From the NCBI GenBank assembly GCA_051003195.1, contig JBPCLP010000043.1, positions 1 through 64,000 of the forward strand: a stretch of DNA of 64,000 bases, written 5' to 3'. The DNA is from Candidatus Sumerlaeaceae bacterium (GTDB taxonomy: Bacteria; Sumerlaeota; Sumerlaeia; Sumerlaeales; Sumerlaeaceae). Under the pieces are notes generated by a model that ran no database searches, was not told where the DNA came from, and saw only the letters and a program-made list of their open reading frames with translations. The translations under genes were made by a program, and so were the position numbers. Of this stretch, positions 1-9,347 are shown piece after piece (the stretch's first letter is position 1; the number at the start of each line of letters is the position of its first letter).

Positions 1-4
1 CCGC

Positions 5-40
5 CACTCCCCGTGTATCTTTCACTCCCCGTGTATCTTT
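5..40. repeat. Perfect tandem duplication of 18 bp (CACTCCCCGTGTATCTTT x2)
   Basis: Bases 5-22 are identical to 23-40. Confidence 0.9.
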
Positions 41-67
41 TTCGATATTAAAGTCGGCGACAGCGCG

Positions 68-196
68 ATGTCAAACACCAAGTCGTCTATTGGAAAGGAG
101 GTTCCTCAGTCCCACGAGCAGGCGCGGCTCATGATCTTCAGTTACATCGAAGGTTTCTTTGAAACCCGTAGGATAAACAGCTCACAAATTCGGTGA
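68..196 (+). pseudogene. Degenerate remnant of an IS3-family transposase (C-terminal end of the integrase core)
   Basis: 113-184 reads HEQARLMIFSYIEGFFETRRINSS, resembling the IS3 motif xxEARxxIFxYIExFYNxxRxHSxL. An adjacent frame upstream reads VKHQVVYW (like LKxExVY). A stop follows at 194-196. Confidence 0.6.
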
Positions 197-674
197 CAAA
201 TTCGCTGACGGTTGACGTTGTTACTAATTAATTTGCTAGTATCATAAATACTTCGCCACAAGATTAGTTGCGGTACGTGAGACACCGTCCACTCTGCGAC
301 GCTCGACGAGCAAACTTCTCCCATAAGCTCTCATCGGCATGGCACCACGAGCAGCGGCCCTATCCGGAGCTACCCGAACGCACCAGCGCACGTTCGCCCA
401 AAAATCTTTTTCGACTTTATTGGACTTAGCCCACCTGAAGGGTACGCCAGGGAAGTGACACGCCCCTCACCATGGTGTAAACGTGACCCCGTAGTAAGCT
501 GAACGTGTTCTTTGACAACTATGCAGCCCGACCGCCGTGACCGACTGTGGACGGACGTCTACGCCCAATCCGCGTGACATTTTGCGACTTTGCGCCTGGC
601 GGAAAAACCGCGCCATCGCGCAAGGAAGCGGGAAATCCACGGCCCCGGCGAATTCTTACGCGAGGATTACCGCT

Positions 675-783
675 ATTCAAGTGGCGAAATTACCAACTTG
701 AATAACTTGAATTATATCTGCAAGCATTTCAAGCTTCCATACGCAAACTTGAATACCAACTTGAAAAACTTGAAAACTTGAAA
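675..783. repeat. Cluster of short iterated AACTTGAA motifs in an AT-rich patch
   Basis: AACTTGAA at 695, 704, 746, 758, 767 and 775; inverted TTCAAG at 676 and 728; TACCAACTTGAA at 691 and 754. Confidence 0.8.
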
Positions 784-905
784 AGCCTCCAACCGCGGTG
801 GTTGCCACCCCCGTGAAACAAAGGGACAGCCAGTTGCAGGGTTCTGCTTGCAGCGGCGTGTTCGCGGACCGGGATAGGGTTTCAGTTTCGGAGCGGGAGA
901 GTTAA

Positions 906-2645
906 GTGAAGACCAGGCGATTGGTTTCGGCGGCGGTGTTAGTGCTGGCAGGCTGCGGGTTGGCGCAGGGTGCGACGCGCATCAAGGACAACCTGACGTT
1001 CTTTGAACTGAAGAACGGCATGAAAGTTTTCGTGTATCCGCGGCAGGGCGCGCCGGTGTTCTCTGGCATGATCTATGTCGATGCGGGGAGCGCGGAGGAG
1101 CAGATCGGCGAGACTGGCCTGGCGCACCTGCTCGAGCACATGGCGTTCAAAGGCACGCCGTGGATCGGGACGACGAACTGGAACGCCGAGCGCAAAATTC
1201 TGCAGCAGATCGACGAAGTGGGCGCGCTGCTGAATACCGAACGCCAGAAGGGCGTGGCGGATGAGGAGAAGATCAAGCAACTGCAGGACAATCTAAGCGC
1301 GCTTCAAAAGGAACAGTCGAACTACACGGTACCGAACGAGTACGACCGGATCATCACGCATCACGGTGCGCAGGAAGTGAACGCGACGACCGATGTCGAT
1401 TACACCAACTACTTCATGAGTGTGCCCACAAACAAGCTGGAGCTGTGGGCGATGATGGAGAGCGAGCGGCTGGTGTTCCCGGCGTGGCGTGAGTTCTACC
1501 AGGAGCGCGACGTGGTGGCGGAAGAGCGGCGTATGCGCACGGAAGACACACCAACCGGAAAGCTTTGGGAGGAATTCCTGGCGACGTCGTTTCGCGCGCA
1601 CCCCTACCGGATGCCGACGATCGGCTGGATGCCGGACCTGTACAATTTGACGATCGCGAAGATGGACGCATTCTATAAACGCTGGTACGTGCCGGAGAAC
1701 ATTATCGCGGTGCTGGTGGGTGACGTGAAGGTGGAAGAGGTGCGGCCGGTGATGGAGAAGTATTTCGGGACGATCCCGGCGCGGCCGTCTCCGGCGAAGG
1801 CGATTACCGTGGAGCCGCCGCAACGCGGAGAGAAACGGTTGCAGGTGATGTTCGATGCGCAGCCGCAGATCATGATCGGATGGCACAAGCCGACGTTTCC
1901 CGACAGGGATATGTATGTGTGCGAGGTTATCCAGTTCCTGCTCTCGCGCAACGGGCGCAGCTCGCGCCTGTATGAACGGCTGGTAAAGCGGGACGGAATC
2001 TGCCAGGAGGTGGAGGCATTCACCGGGCCGGGTGATAAGTATCCAAACCTGTTCATCCTGTACCTGACGCCGCGCGCGCCGCATACGAATGCGGAGGCTG
2101 AGAAAACGGCATTGGAAGAGATCGAGCGACTGAAGAATGAGCCCATCGGGGACGAAGAGCTGCAGCGAACGCGCAACCAGATCGATGCGCAGTTTTTGAA
2201 GGAGCTGGAGGGCAATCTCGGATTCGCGAGAAAGCTGGGTTATTATTACATAGCGTCGCGCGACCCCGATATTATCGACAAGCTGCGCGACGAGATGAAA
2301 TCGGTGACGCCGCAGGATATCCAGCGCGTCGCGCAGAAATACCTGACGGCCGAGAATCGAACGGTTGGGGAACTGGTGACCAGGAGCGAAGACGAACCGG
2401 GTGCACCGAAGGCGGGAGCGCCGGCAACGATGAGCCCGACCGGACAGCCGGTAAGCGGAATGGCTCCGCATGATGCGGCCAGCACAGCGCCCGGCACGCT
2501 GGAACGGTCGACGACCGGGAGCAAGGCGCAGACGGAAGTGAGTGGCGGCGTGGAAAAGCGCGCAGTTCCGGCGGCGGCGATGCGCGATGCGCTGACGAGT
2601 GCTGGCAAGCCGAAAGCGGGCGGAGCGGTGGAGGGACGGAAGTGA
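906..2645 (+). CDS. M16 (pitrilysin/insulinase) family zinc peptidase, catalytic subunit, exported
   Basis: Signal peptide, GSAEE...GLAHLLEHMAFKGT (HXXEH), NATT, EERRMR; low-complexity C-terminal tail. Confidence 0.92.
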   Translation: MKTRRLVSAAVLVLAGCGLAQGATRIKDNLTFFELKNGMKVFVYPRQGAPVFSGMIYVDAGSAEEQIGETGLAHLLEHMAFKGTPWIGTTNWNAERKILQQIDEVGALLNTERQKGVADEEKIKQLQDNLSALQKEQSNYTVPNEYDRIITHHGAQEVNATTDVDYTNYFMSVPTNKLELWAMMESERLVFPAWREFYQERDVVAEERRMRTEDTPTGKLWEEFLATSFRAHPYRMPTIGWMPDLYNLTIAKMDAFYKRWYVPENIIAVLVGDVKVEEVRPVMEKYFGTIPARPSPAKAITVEPPQRGEKRLQVMFDAQPQIMIGWHKPTFPDRDMYVCEVIQFLLSRNGRSSRLYERLVKRDGICQEVEAFTGPGDKYPNLFILYLTPRAPHTNAEAEKTALEEIERLKNEPIGDEELQRTRNQIDAQFLKELEGNLGFARKLGYYYIASRDPDIIDKLRDEMKSVTPQDIQRVAQKYLTAENRTVGELVTRSEDEPGAPKAGAPATMSPTGQPVSGMAPHDAASTAPGTLERSTTGSKAQTEVSGGVEKRAVPAAAMRDALTSAGKPKAGGAVEGRK

Positions 2646-4582
2646 GCGTGACGATGCGAGATCTTAGAATCGAAAGTTCAAAATGGGGGAGTGGCGAAGT
2701 GTTGCTGAGCGATCTGAAATTACGCAGGTGCTTGTCTGCCGTGGGCCTGGTGCTCGGCTTCATTTCATTTACTCCGGCGGGGCAGGCACAGGGGATACGC
2801 GCTGAGGCAACGACGGTAACCATCGAGGCCGTGGAACCGGATGCGGCTCCCGCGGATTCGGGAACGATTACGATTAATGTTCCGCGTAGTGCAAAGCCGA
2901 CTCCGGCCAGGCAGGAAGGCACGCCCCGCGCAACGGGCGCGGCGGGACAGCCGGCGGCCGGTGCCTGGCAGCCTGCCACATCCCCGATCCGAACGGGAGG
3001 TGTCGGCGCTCCGAGGAGTCCAGGGGCGCGGGTCGAGTCGAGCGGTGGCAGTGCCGTGATTTCTGGCCAGAAGATCACGATCGAGGGACAGCAGGTGAAG
3101 GTATCGGGCGCCGAAAGAGGCGCGGCGACTGCAAGGATTCAGTCAATTCCATCGGAACCCTCGTATCTCCAGGGCCCGATTGTTGAGACGAGTTCGCCGA
3201 CGGTTTCGCGCGGTGGCGTGACATTGCCGTTACGTCCGGAAATGCTGCCCGAGAAACCCATGGCGCTGACGGTTCCGACGGTGAATGTTACGACGCTGAC
3301 CAATGGAATTGTGCTGTATCATTATCAATCGAAGGACCTGCCACGCGTACAGGTCTCGGTTCTGATGAACGCTGGTACGCGTCTCGATCCGGCGGACAAG
3401 CTGGGCCTGGCGGAATTGACTGCGCGAACGGTGCGCTCAGGAGGGTCGGCCGGGGTGGGTGGCGACGATATAGATCGCCAGCTCGAGCAGATCGGGAGCG
3501 ATTTCACGCTTACGGCCAATAAGGAATATACCGGCGGGACGCTGTTCGCGCTGACGGAGAACCTGGACAAAGCGATGAAAATCCTGACGGATATTTTGCT
3601 GCGTCCGGAGCTCGACCCTGCCAGGCTGGAAAAGCAGCGCGAGCTGATGCTGGAGAACATCCGTCGGCAGAACGACGAGCCGGCCGATATTTCGCGGCGC
3701 GAGTTCCGCAAAATTGCGTATGGATCGGAGCATTGGCTGGCGCGCACGCCGACACCGTCGCAGGTGAAATCGATCACGCGCGATGATGTGCGGAAATTCT
3801 ATGAAGAGTGGTATCGCCCTGCTTCGCTGCGCCTCGGCGTGAGCGGCGATATCTCCAAGGAAGATGCCCGGAAGCTGATTGAGAGCGCGTTGCTGGCGTG
3901 GAACAAACCTGCTGCGCAGGTGCCGCCGCGAGCGGCAGTGGCGGAGGACCGTGACACAACGGGTGGTGTTTATTACATCCGGAAAATGACCGCGCAATCG
4001 CAGATCCGGATGGGGCATCTTGGCATGGCGCGATTGTCGCCCGATATCTATGCGGTTACGATTCTCAATGGCGTGTATGGTACCGGCGGATTTTCTTCGC
4101 GGCTGATGAACCGCGTCCGAACCAAGCGCGGGTTTGTGTATGGCGTGGGTGGCGGCGTGATGAGCGACGATCCGCGTGGTTTGTTTATGGCATCGGCGGC
4201 GTCGAAGTCGAAGACGACGGCAGCCGCGGTGGAAGAGATCCTGGATGTGACGCGGGAACTGCTGAGTGGCGATATCTCGGAAGAGGAAATCGAGACGTCA
4301 AAACGCGACAACGTGTTTTCATTCCTGACAGAGTTTGCACGGCCTTCGCAGATCGTCGACAAGTATATGCAGACAGATTTTCAGGGCTTCCCGCCGGATT
4401 ATCTGCAGACGTACATTGAGCGCCTGAAGGCAGTGACGAAGGAACAGGTTGTGGAAATGGCGAGGAAGTATATCCATCCCGACCGGCTGAAGATCATGGT
4501 GATCGGATTCGAGAAGCAGTTCGATAAACCGGTCGCAACGTTCGGCGCCGTGAATGAGGTGAAGCTGGATGTGCCGGAGTAG
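2642..4582 (+). CDS. M16 family peptidase, non-catalytic partner subunit
   Basis: LTNG, DPADKLGLAELTA (no HXXEH), GGFSSRLMNRVRTKRGFVYGV; GTGA overlap with the upstream stop; start may lie slightly downstream. Confidence 0.88.
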   Translation: MSVTMRDLRIESSKWGSGEVLLSDLKLRRCLSAVGLVLGFISFTPAGQAQGIRAEATTVTIEAVEPDAAPADSGTITINVPRSAKPTPARQEGTPRATGAAGQPAAGAWQPATSPIRTGGVGAPRSPGARVESSGGSAVISGQKITIEGQQVKVSGAERGAATARIQSIPSEPSYLQGPIVETSSPTVSRGGVTLPLRPEMLPEKPMALTVPTVNVTTLTNGIVLYHYQSKDLPRVQVSVLMNAGTRLDPADKLGLAELTARTVRSGGSAGVGGDDIDRQLEQIGSDFTLTANKEYTGGTLFALTENLDKAMKILTDILLRPELDPARLEKQRELMLENIRRQNDEPADISRREFRKIAYGSEHWLARTPTPSQVKSITRDDVRKFYEEWYRPASLRLGVSGDISKEDARKLIESALLAWNKPAAQVPPRAAVAEDRDTTGGVYYIRKMTAQSQIRMGHLGMARLSPDIYAVTILNGVYGTGGFSSRLMNRVRTKRGFVYGVGGGVMSDDPRGLFMASAASKSKTTAAAVEEILDVTRELLSGDISEEEIETSKRDNVFSFLTEFARPSQIVDKYMQTDFQGFPPDYLQTYIERLKAVTKEQVVEMARKYIHPDRLKIMVIGFEKQFDKPVATFGAVNEVKLDVPE

Positions 4583-4586
4583 AAAG

Positions 4587-4626
4587 TGCCCTTCGGTCTG
4601 AAGGAACTACTGATTCGACACATTAG
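4587..4626 (-). repeat. Partial (5' half) copy of the dispersed hairpin repeat
   Basis: Reverse complement CTAATGTGTCGAATCAGTAGTTCCTTCAGACCGAAGGGCA matches the first ~45 nt of the copies at 25755 and 60727. Confidence 0.75.
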
Positions 4627-4656
4627 AAAGGACGCGAACTGAAGTTCGCGTCCTTT
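4627..4656. terminator. Probable bidirectional intrinsic terminator
   Basis: Perfect 13-bp stem AAAGGACGCGAAC-TGAA-GTTCGCGTCCTTT between convergent genes. Confidence 0.75.
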
Positions 4657-4691
4657 GCGGTAAGTTGGGCATTACTGCCCGCGAAGCCGTG

Positions 4692-5342
4692 TTAGAGTGA
4701 GCGCCCCTGGTACGAAGGGCCCTGGCCGGATTGGGAACCGAAGGTTCCGGTGCCGCCGACATTCTGCTGGCTGGTGTCAAAGTGCGATGTGCTCGATGAA
4801 GACCCGCTGCCCGACAGTCGGCTTGTGAGCGCGCCAATGAGGCCGGGTACAACGACATCGCGCCCGACGCGCGTAATCTCACCCAGGAACTGCTCGGTGA
4901 GATTGCCAAGCACGTCTTCAACGCGGCTGGCCATGCGGGCACGGGTTTGCGGAGGTAGTATTTTCTCCGTCAAGCCACGCGCGGTAGACGGTACGCGCGA
5001 GCTTCCGTGCATCGAAGTAAAGTCGTGTTCGTGCTCGCGATGGTCGATCATGTAGTCGTCGTCGTCATCGCCGACTGATTCGCCGAGAGTGCGGCCTGCG
5101 AGGAATCCCACGGCCAGCGCGCCAAGGCATGCGGCGATGGGATACTTCTGCATCTGGAGTTTCCAGTCGAGTGATTGTGTAGCGCGGTCTTTGACCTGGT
5201 GGTATTGAGTATTCATAGTCGTTTTCATCTCCTCGACGGTATGGGTAAGCGATTGCCTCGTGTCCTGCAGCCTGCGCTGCAATTCCGCGGCCGAGGGATT
5301 GCGCTCCTGTTGTTTGTCTACGCGATCGTGTCGGTTATCCAT
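4692..5342 (-). CDS. DUF3618-like small membrane-anchored protein
   Basis: N-terminal 'PSAAELQRRLQDTRQSLTHTVEEM', then a 'KYPIAACLGALAVGFLAG' helix; third gene of a yqjD/yqjE-type operon. Confidence 0.65.
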   Translation of the reverse strand: MDNRHDRVDKQQERNPSAAELQRRLQDTRQSLTHTVEEMKTTMNTQYHQVKDRATQSLDWKLQMQKYPIAACLGALAVGFLAGRTLGESVGDDDDDYMIDHREHEHDFTSMHGSSRVPSTARGLTEKILPPQTRARMASRVEDVLGNLTEQFLGEITRVGRDVVVPGLIGALTSRLSGSGSSSSTSHFDTSQQNVGGTGTFGSQSGQGPSYQGRSL

Positions 5343-5797
5343 TGTTTATCCCTCTTCATTTCCTGCATTGAACGTTCGGGCATGAGCGTGCGTTTGGACA
5401 TGCGCTTGCGCGCGATCATGAACAGTACGCCGGCACCGATTCCATGGAGCAATGTGACCCCAAGTGCACCCAGCGCGTAGTTGATCGGTTCGCTAAACGG
5501 AAACAGCCGCGCGAAAAGGCACATGAGAACCACGTTGATGAACAGCGCCGCAAATACACCCATGACGGCGGCAATGGCGACCATCACGCCGTCTTTGGCA
5601 TATCCACTGACGCTCTCGCGCATCTCGGCCTTCAGCAGCTCAATCTTGAGACTGATCATCGTGCCGAGGTCGGCGGTAAGGCGTCGGATCATGTCGGCGA
5701 GGCCGTTCGATTCCGCCTCGGTTCGCAATTCGGGGCCGTCGTGCGTGCGGATGCGTGTGTCGGATTCTGGGTAGATACCGGTTTCGCGGATAGCCAT
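5318..5797 (-). CDS. YqjE / phage-holin-like (DUF1469 type) membrane protein
   Basis: 'LADMIRRLTADLGTMISLKIELLKAEMRE', two TM helices, 'PERSMQEMKRDKQW' C-terminus. Confidence 0.8.
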   Translation of the reverse strand: MAIRETGIYPESDTRIRTHDGPELRTEAESNGLADMIRRLTADLGTMISLKIELLKAEMRESVSGYAKDGVMVAIAAVMGVFAALFINVVLMCLFARLFPFSEPINYALGALGVTLLHGIGAGVLFMIARKRMSKRTLMPERSMQEMKRDKQWITDTIA

Positions 5798-5849
5798 TGC
5801 GATGTCCTTTCGTTAAGCGGCGGCCGTGGCCGCCGCCCTGTAGTGAAGC

Positions 5850-6287
5850 TTAGCGCCGCCCGCCACGCATTATGATCCCGAGAACAAAGCCGACGGCGGC
5901 TGAAATCAGGATGGTCTGGCCGGGATTCTGGCGGGCGCGATCCTTTACGCTGGTCCATGCCTGCTCATAGTCGTCGCGTTCCATGTGGCGGATGCGATCG
6001 ACTCCCTGCGAGAGAGAATCGGTAACGCCGGAGAGCTGCTGGCCCATGGTGCCGACTTTGTCGGAGATAAATTCCCGGGCCTGGTCGGTGCCCTCGCGCA
6101 CCCGCTGAACGACGCCTTCCATGGTGGAGTTCAGCTTGTCGGTCACGCCGCCAGTGGCCTGGTCGGTGCCTGTTCCGGTACTGGAGGTGTTGCTGCCGCC
6201 CGTGTTCATGCTCTTGCCGCTATTCGTGTTGGAACCCGTGTCGGAATTGGATCCCGTGTTGCCCATGGTGTTGCGTGCTTGTGACAT
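5850..6287 (-). CDS. YqjD/ElaB/DUF883-like tail-anchored protein
   Basis: Polar low-complexity N-terminus; C-terminal 'RQNPGQTILISAAVGFVLGIIMRGGRR'; AGGAG RBS upstream. Confidence 0.8.
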   Translation of the reverse strand: MSQARNTMGNTGSNSDTGSNTNSGKSMNTGGSNTSSTGTGTDQATGGVTDKLNSTMEGVVQRVREGTDQAREFISDKVGTMGQQLSGVTDSLSQGVDRIRHMERDDYEQAWTSVKDRARQNPGQTILISAAVGFVLGIIMRGGRR

Positions 6288-6335
6288 TTTCGGTACTCCT
6301 CGCTGGCAATTTTTGCACTGCTGGACCGCACTTGG

Positions 6336-6351
6336 TGCAAGGTGTGTGCCA
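6336..6351 (-). promoter_or_regulatory. Sigma-54 (-24/-12) promoter for the yqjD-like operon
   Basis: Minus strand TGGCAC-ACACC-TTGCA, exact GG-N10-GC consensus about 50 nt upstream of the ATG at 6287. Confidence 0.75.
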
Positions 6352-6430
6352 GCAACAAGAAAAGCGTAGGCAGAAAAATGTAGAGCGAACCAGGCGACTT
6401 AAAGCCAGATGGAGGAATAAGCTCAGGGCA

Positions 6431-6715
6431 ATGGACCGACGGTGCGACCGGTGCGGAAAGCCTACTTCTGCAGAAGAGCAGATGTACTCACTTCGCATTG
6501 AATTGTTTGCGAGCGTGGACCCACTGACGTTTTCAACGGCGGATCTGGTGCAGGACCATGAGGCAAACCTGGAGAAGCTCGTCCAGCAGATGGAAAAGAT
6601 GGATCCCGCAGAGGCGGAGGACCAGGTGCACGAAGCGTACCTTTTTGAATTATGCAGCCGCTGCCGGAACAAGATGCATTCTCAGCTCAGAATCCGGCAG
6701 CCGAAGGAGGCATGA
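6431..6715 (+). CDS. Small putative zinc-binding protein (two CxxC pairs)
   Basis: MDRRCDRCGK...ELCSRCR; ATG at 6431 preferred over the track start at 6275. Confidence 0.7.
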   Translation: MDRRCDRCGKPTSAEEQMYSLRIELFASVDPLTFSTADLVQDHEANLEKLVQQMEKMDPAEAEDQVHEAYLFELCSRCRNKMHSQLRIRQPKEA

Positions 6716-6798
6716 GGATTCTTGTCTCTTGACCCACCTCAGTTTGGTCGCGCACACCTTGCGGTCGCATTTATGAACAGAGTCTACGAAACTCCCTT

Positions 6799-7764
6799 AT
6801 GGCGAAAATACGCGTAGGCGTGGTGGGTGTTGGTCATCTCGGCCAGCATCACGCCCGCATTTATGCTGCGCATTCCAACTGTGAGCTCGTGGCAGTTGTC
6901 GATTCAGATGCAAAGACCGCACAGAAGATTGCGAAGCAGTACGGAACGCGTGCCCTGACGGATTTTCGCCAGACGTTCGGTAAGGTGGACGCGTTAAGCA
7001 TCGCCGTTCCAACGGTGCATCACCATGCGATCGCCAGCGAATGCCTGAAAAACGGTATCCATCTGCTGGTGGAAAAGCCAATCACGAGTACCGTGGAGCA
7101 GGCGCATGACCTGATTGAGCTGGCGCGCGACCACGGGCGCATCCTGCAAGTCGGGCATATTGAGCGATTTAACGCTGCCATCATGCGGCTGAAGCAGATT
7201 GTGAACCGGCCTTTGTTTATTGAGGGACATCGCCTTGGGCCCTATGATCCGCGGGTTAAGGATGTGGGTGTGGTGCTCGACCTGATGATTCACGACCTGG
7301 ATATCATCCTCCAGATTGTGAACTCGCCCGTGAAAAGCGTTGAGGCGGCAGGAGTTGCGGTGTATGGACGGGACGAGGATATTGCGAATGCGCGTATTCA
7401 TTTCGAAAATGGGTGCATCGCCAACCTGACAGCGAGTCGGGTGACACCGATCCGGAAACGGAAGATCCGGATCTTCCAACGGGATGCTTATGTCTCGGTG
7501 GATTATATCGAGCAGGAAGTGGAGATTTTCAGGCGCGTTCGTACGGTGAGCCCAGAACCGGGTATGCCTGCGATTTCAATCGTCCGCAAAAAGGAGCGTA
7601 TTGAAAAGCAGGAACCGCTAAAGCTGGAACTGGCGCATTTTGTGGAATGCGTGCAGCGTGGGCGGGAACCTATGGTGCGGGGTGAGCATGCGCGCGACGC
7701 CCTGCAACTGGCGGTTGAGATTTCTGAACAGGTAAAGAGCCGATTGCGAGACCTGGGACTGTGA
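6799..7764 (+). CDS. Gfo/Idh/MocA family NAD-dependent oxidoreductase (GnnA-like)
   Basis: GVVGVGHLG Rossmann motif, EKP, GHIERFN, DLMIHDLD; directly upstream of lpxB. Confidence 0.88.
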   Translation: MAKIRVGVVGVGHLGQHHARIYAAHSNCELVAVVDSDAKTAQKIAKQYGTRALTDFRQTFGKVDALSIAVPTVHHHAIASECLKNGIHLLVEKPITSTVEQAHDLIELARDHGRILQVGHIERFNAAIMRLKQIVNRPLFIEGHRLGPYDPRVKDVGVVLDLMIHDLDIILQIVNSPVKSVEAAGVAVYGRDEDIANARIHFENGCIANLTASRVTPIRKRKIRIFQRDAYVSVDYIEQEVEIFRRVRTVSPEPGMPAISIVRKKERIEKQEPLKLELAHFVECVQRGREPMVRGEHARDALQLAVEISEQVKSRLRDLGL

Positions 7765-7804
7765 TGCCGGGGCAGCCTGCCCGGTTTAAGGAACGGTCAT
7801 ATTT

Positions 7805-8959
7805 ATGAGCCCGACTGTGATGTTTATCGCGGGTGAAGATTCCGGAGACCAGCATGGCGCGCGGGTGATTCGTGAGTTGCGGGCATTGCGACCTGACGTA
7901 AAGGTGTTCGGTTACGGTGGCACGCGCATGGAAGCCGAGGGCATGCAATTGACCGAGAACCTGGCGCAGAAGTTTCCGATTATCGGTTTTACGCCAGTGC
8001 TGCAGAACCTGCCACGAATCCTGGGTTTGCTTCGCGAAGCAGCACAATTGCTGAAGACACGGCGGCCTGATGCGCTTGTGCTGATTGATTACCCGGGATT
8101 CAATCTCCGGACGGCAAAAGTTGCGAAACGCCTGGGTATTCCAGTGATCTATTATATTTCCCCCCAGTTCTGGGTGTGGCACAAAGGCCGGCTGAAGGTG
8201 ATTGCGACAACGGTCGACAAGATGCTGGTGATTTTGCCCTTTGAGAAAGATCTCTACGCCGCTGCCGGGATGAAGAGCGAGTATGTGGGGCACCCGCTGC
8301 AAGATGATGAAACGGCGGTACTGCCGGTGCAGGAAACGCGAGCGCGCCTGGGAGTGGATCCAGGCAGCCAGTTAATTGGACTATTGCCGGGCAGCCGGCG
8401 GTCTGAGATCCAGAGGCATCTCCCATTGCTGCTTGAGACGGCTCGCCTGATCAGACAAAGGTTTCCCGGCTGCAGCTTTGTTGTGCCGCGCGCCGCAACA
8501 ATACCCGAGTCGTTGCTGCGGGAATATCTCGGGGCGTGTCCTGACGTGGAAGTGTTGATTGCCGACAGGGACCTGAAGTCGGTGCGCGCGGCTATGGACT
8601 TTGCGGTGTGCAAGAGCGGGACGTCGACGCTCGAACTGGCGCTGCTTGGTGTCCCGATGGTAATTTTTTACAAGGTGTCTGCAGTGACGTATGCGTTTGC
8701 GAAACGCGTTGTGAAGATCCGCTGGATTGGATTGGTGAACATCGTCGCCGGAAGGGAAGTAGTGCCAGAACTGATTCAACAGGACGCGACACCCAGGCGT
8801 CTATCTGAAACAGTGTGCGGAATTCTTGGCGATTCGACGCGACTGGAGCAAATGCGAGCGGGATTGGCGGAAGTGAGAGGCCGGATCGGGGGACCGGGGG
8901 CGGGTAAGCGAGTGGCGGGCGAGATTTGTGCTGTGCTGGAGAGCAGGGCACGTAACTAA
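7805..8959 (+). CDS. lpxB: Lipid-A-disaccharide synthase
   Basis: AGEDSGD, IDYPGFN, YYISPQFWVW, ILPFE, VGHP, LPGSRRSE, SGTSTLE, PELIQ motifs. Confidence 0.95.
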   Translation: MSPTVMFIAGEDSGDQHGARVIRELRALRPDVKVFGYGGTRMEAEGMQLTENLAQKFPIIGFTPVLQNLPRILGLLREAAQLLKTRRPDALVLIDYPGFNLRTAKVAKRLGIPVIYYISPQFWVWHKGRLKVIATTVDKMLVILPFEKDLYAAAGMKSEYVGHPLQDDETAVLPVQETRARLGVDPGSQLIGLLPGSRRSEIQRHLPLLLETARLIRQRFPGCSFVVPRAATIPESLLREYLGACPDVEVLIADRDLKSVRAAMDFAVCKSGTSTLELALLGVPMVIFYKVSAVTYAFAKRVVKIRWIGLVNIVAGREVVPELIQQDATPRRLSETVCGILGDSTRLEQMRAGLAEVRGRIGGPGAGKRVAGEICAVLESRARN

Positions 8960-9347
8960 TCCGGAGCGCTGGTTCCCGACGCACCCGACCGCACACCCAG
9001 CGACTTCCTTATGGCTGCTTCCGTCAGGATCTGACCAGATTCGGCACGCACAGATTGCGAGGCACGCCGGGAACCCGCGCTCCGGCAGATGATTTTACTG
9101 GAATGGGGCGCGCGTATTCTATGGCATCCATTGGTTTATAGAATCCAGCCACTGAATCAAATGCCTTGGGCAGCGCACGCTGCTGCGTGGTTGTGGAAAA
9201 GATGAGTGCACAGGTGCTTTTCACTTGAATGTGATGTTCACCAGAACGAGAGGGGAGGGCCTTCTAAATATAGGAGGTTAAGTGATGTGCCTTAAAAGCT
9301 TGTGTTTTTAAGACGCGAAAAAATGAACGAGGCGGGAAGGGGATATT

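Noticed and set aside
142..781. Short ORFs 142-324 (-) and 590-781 (+)
   Set aside because: No homology cues; the first is antisense to the IS3 remnant and the second merely translates the AACTTGAA repeats.
5318..5797. 'Phage holin' gene as evidence of a prophage
   Set aside because: YqjE-type protein in its usual cellular operon; no phage genes nearby.
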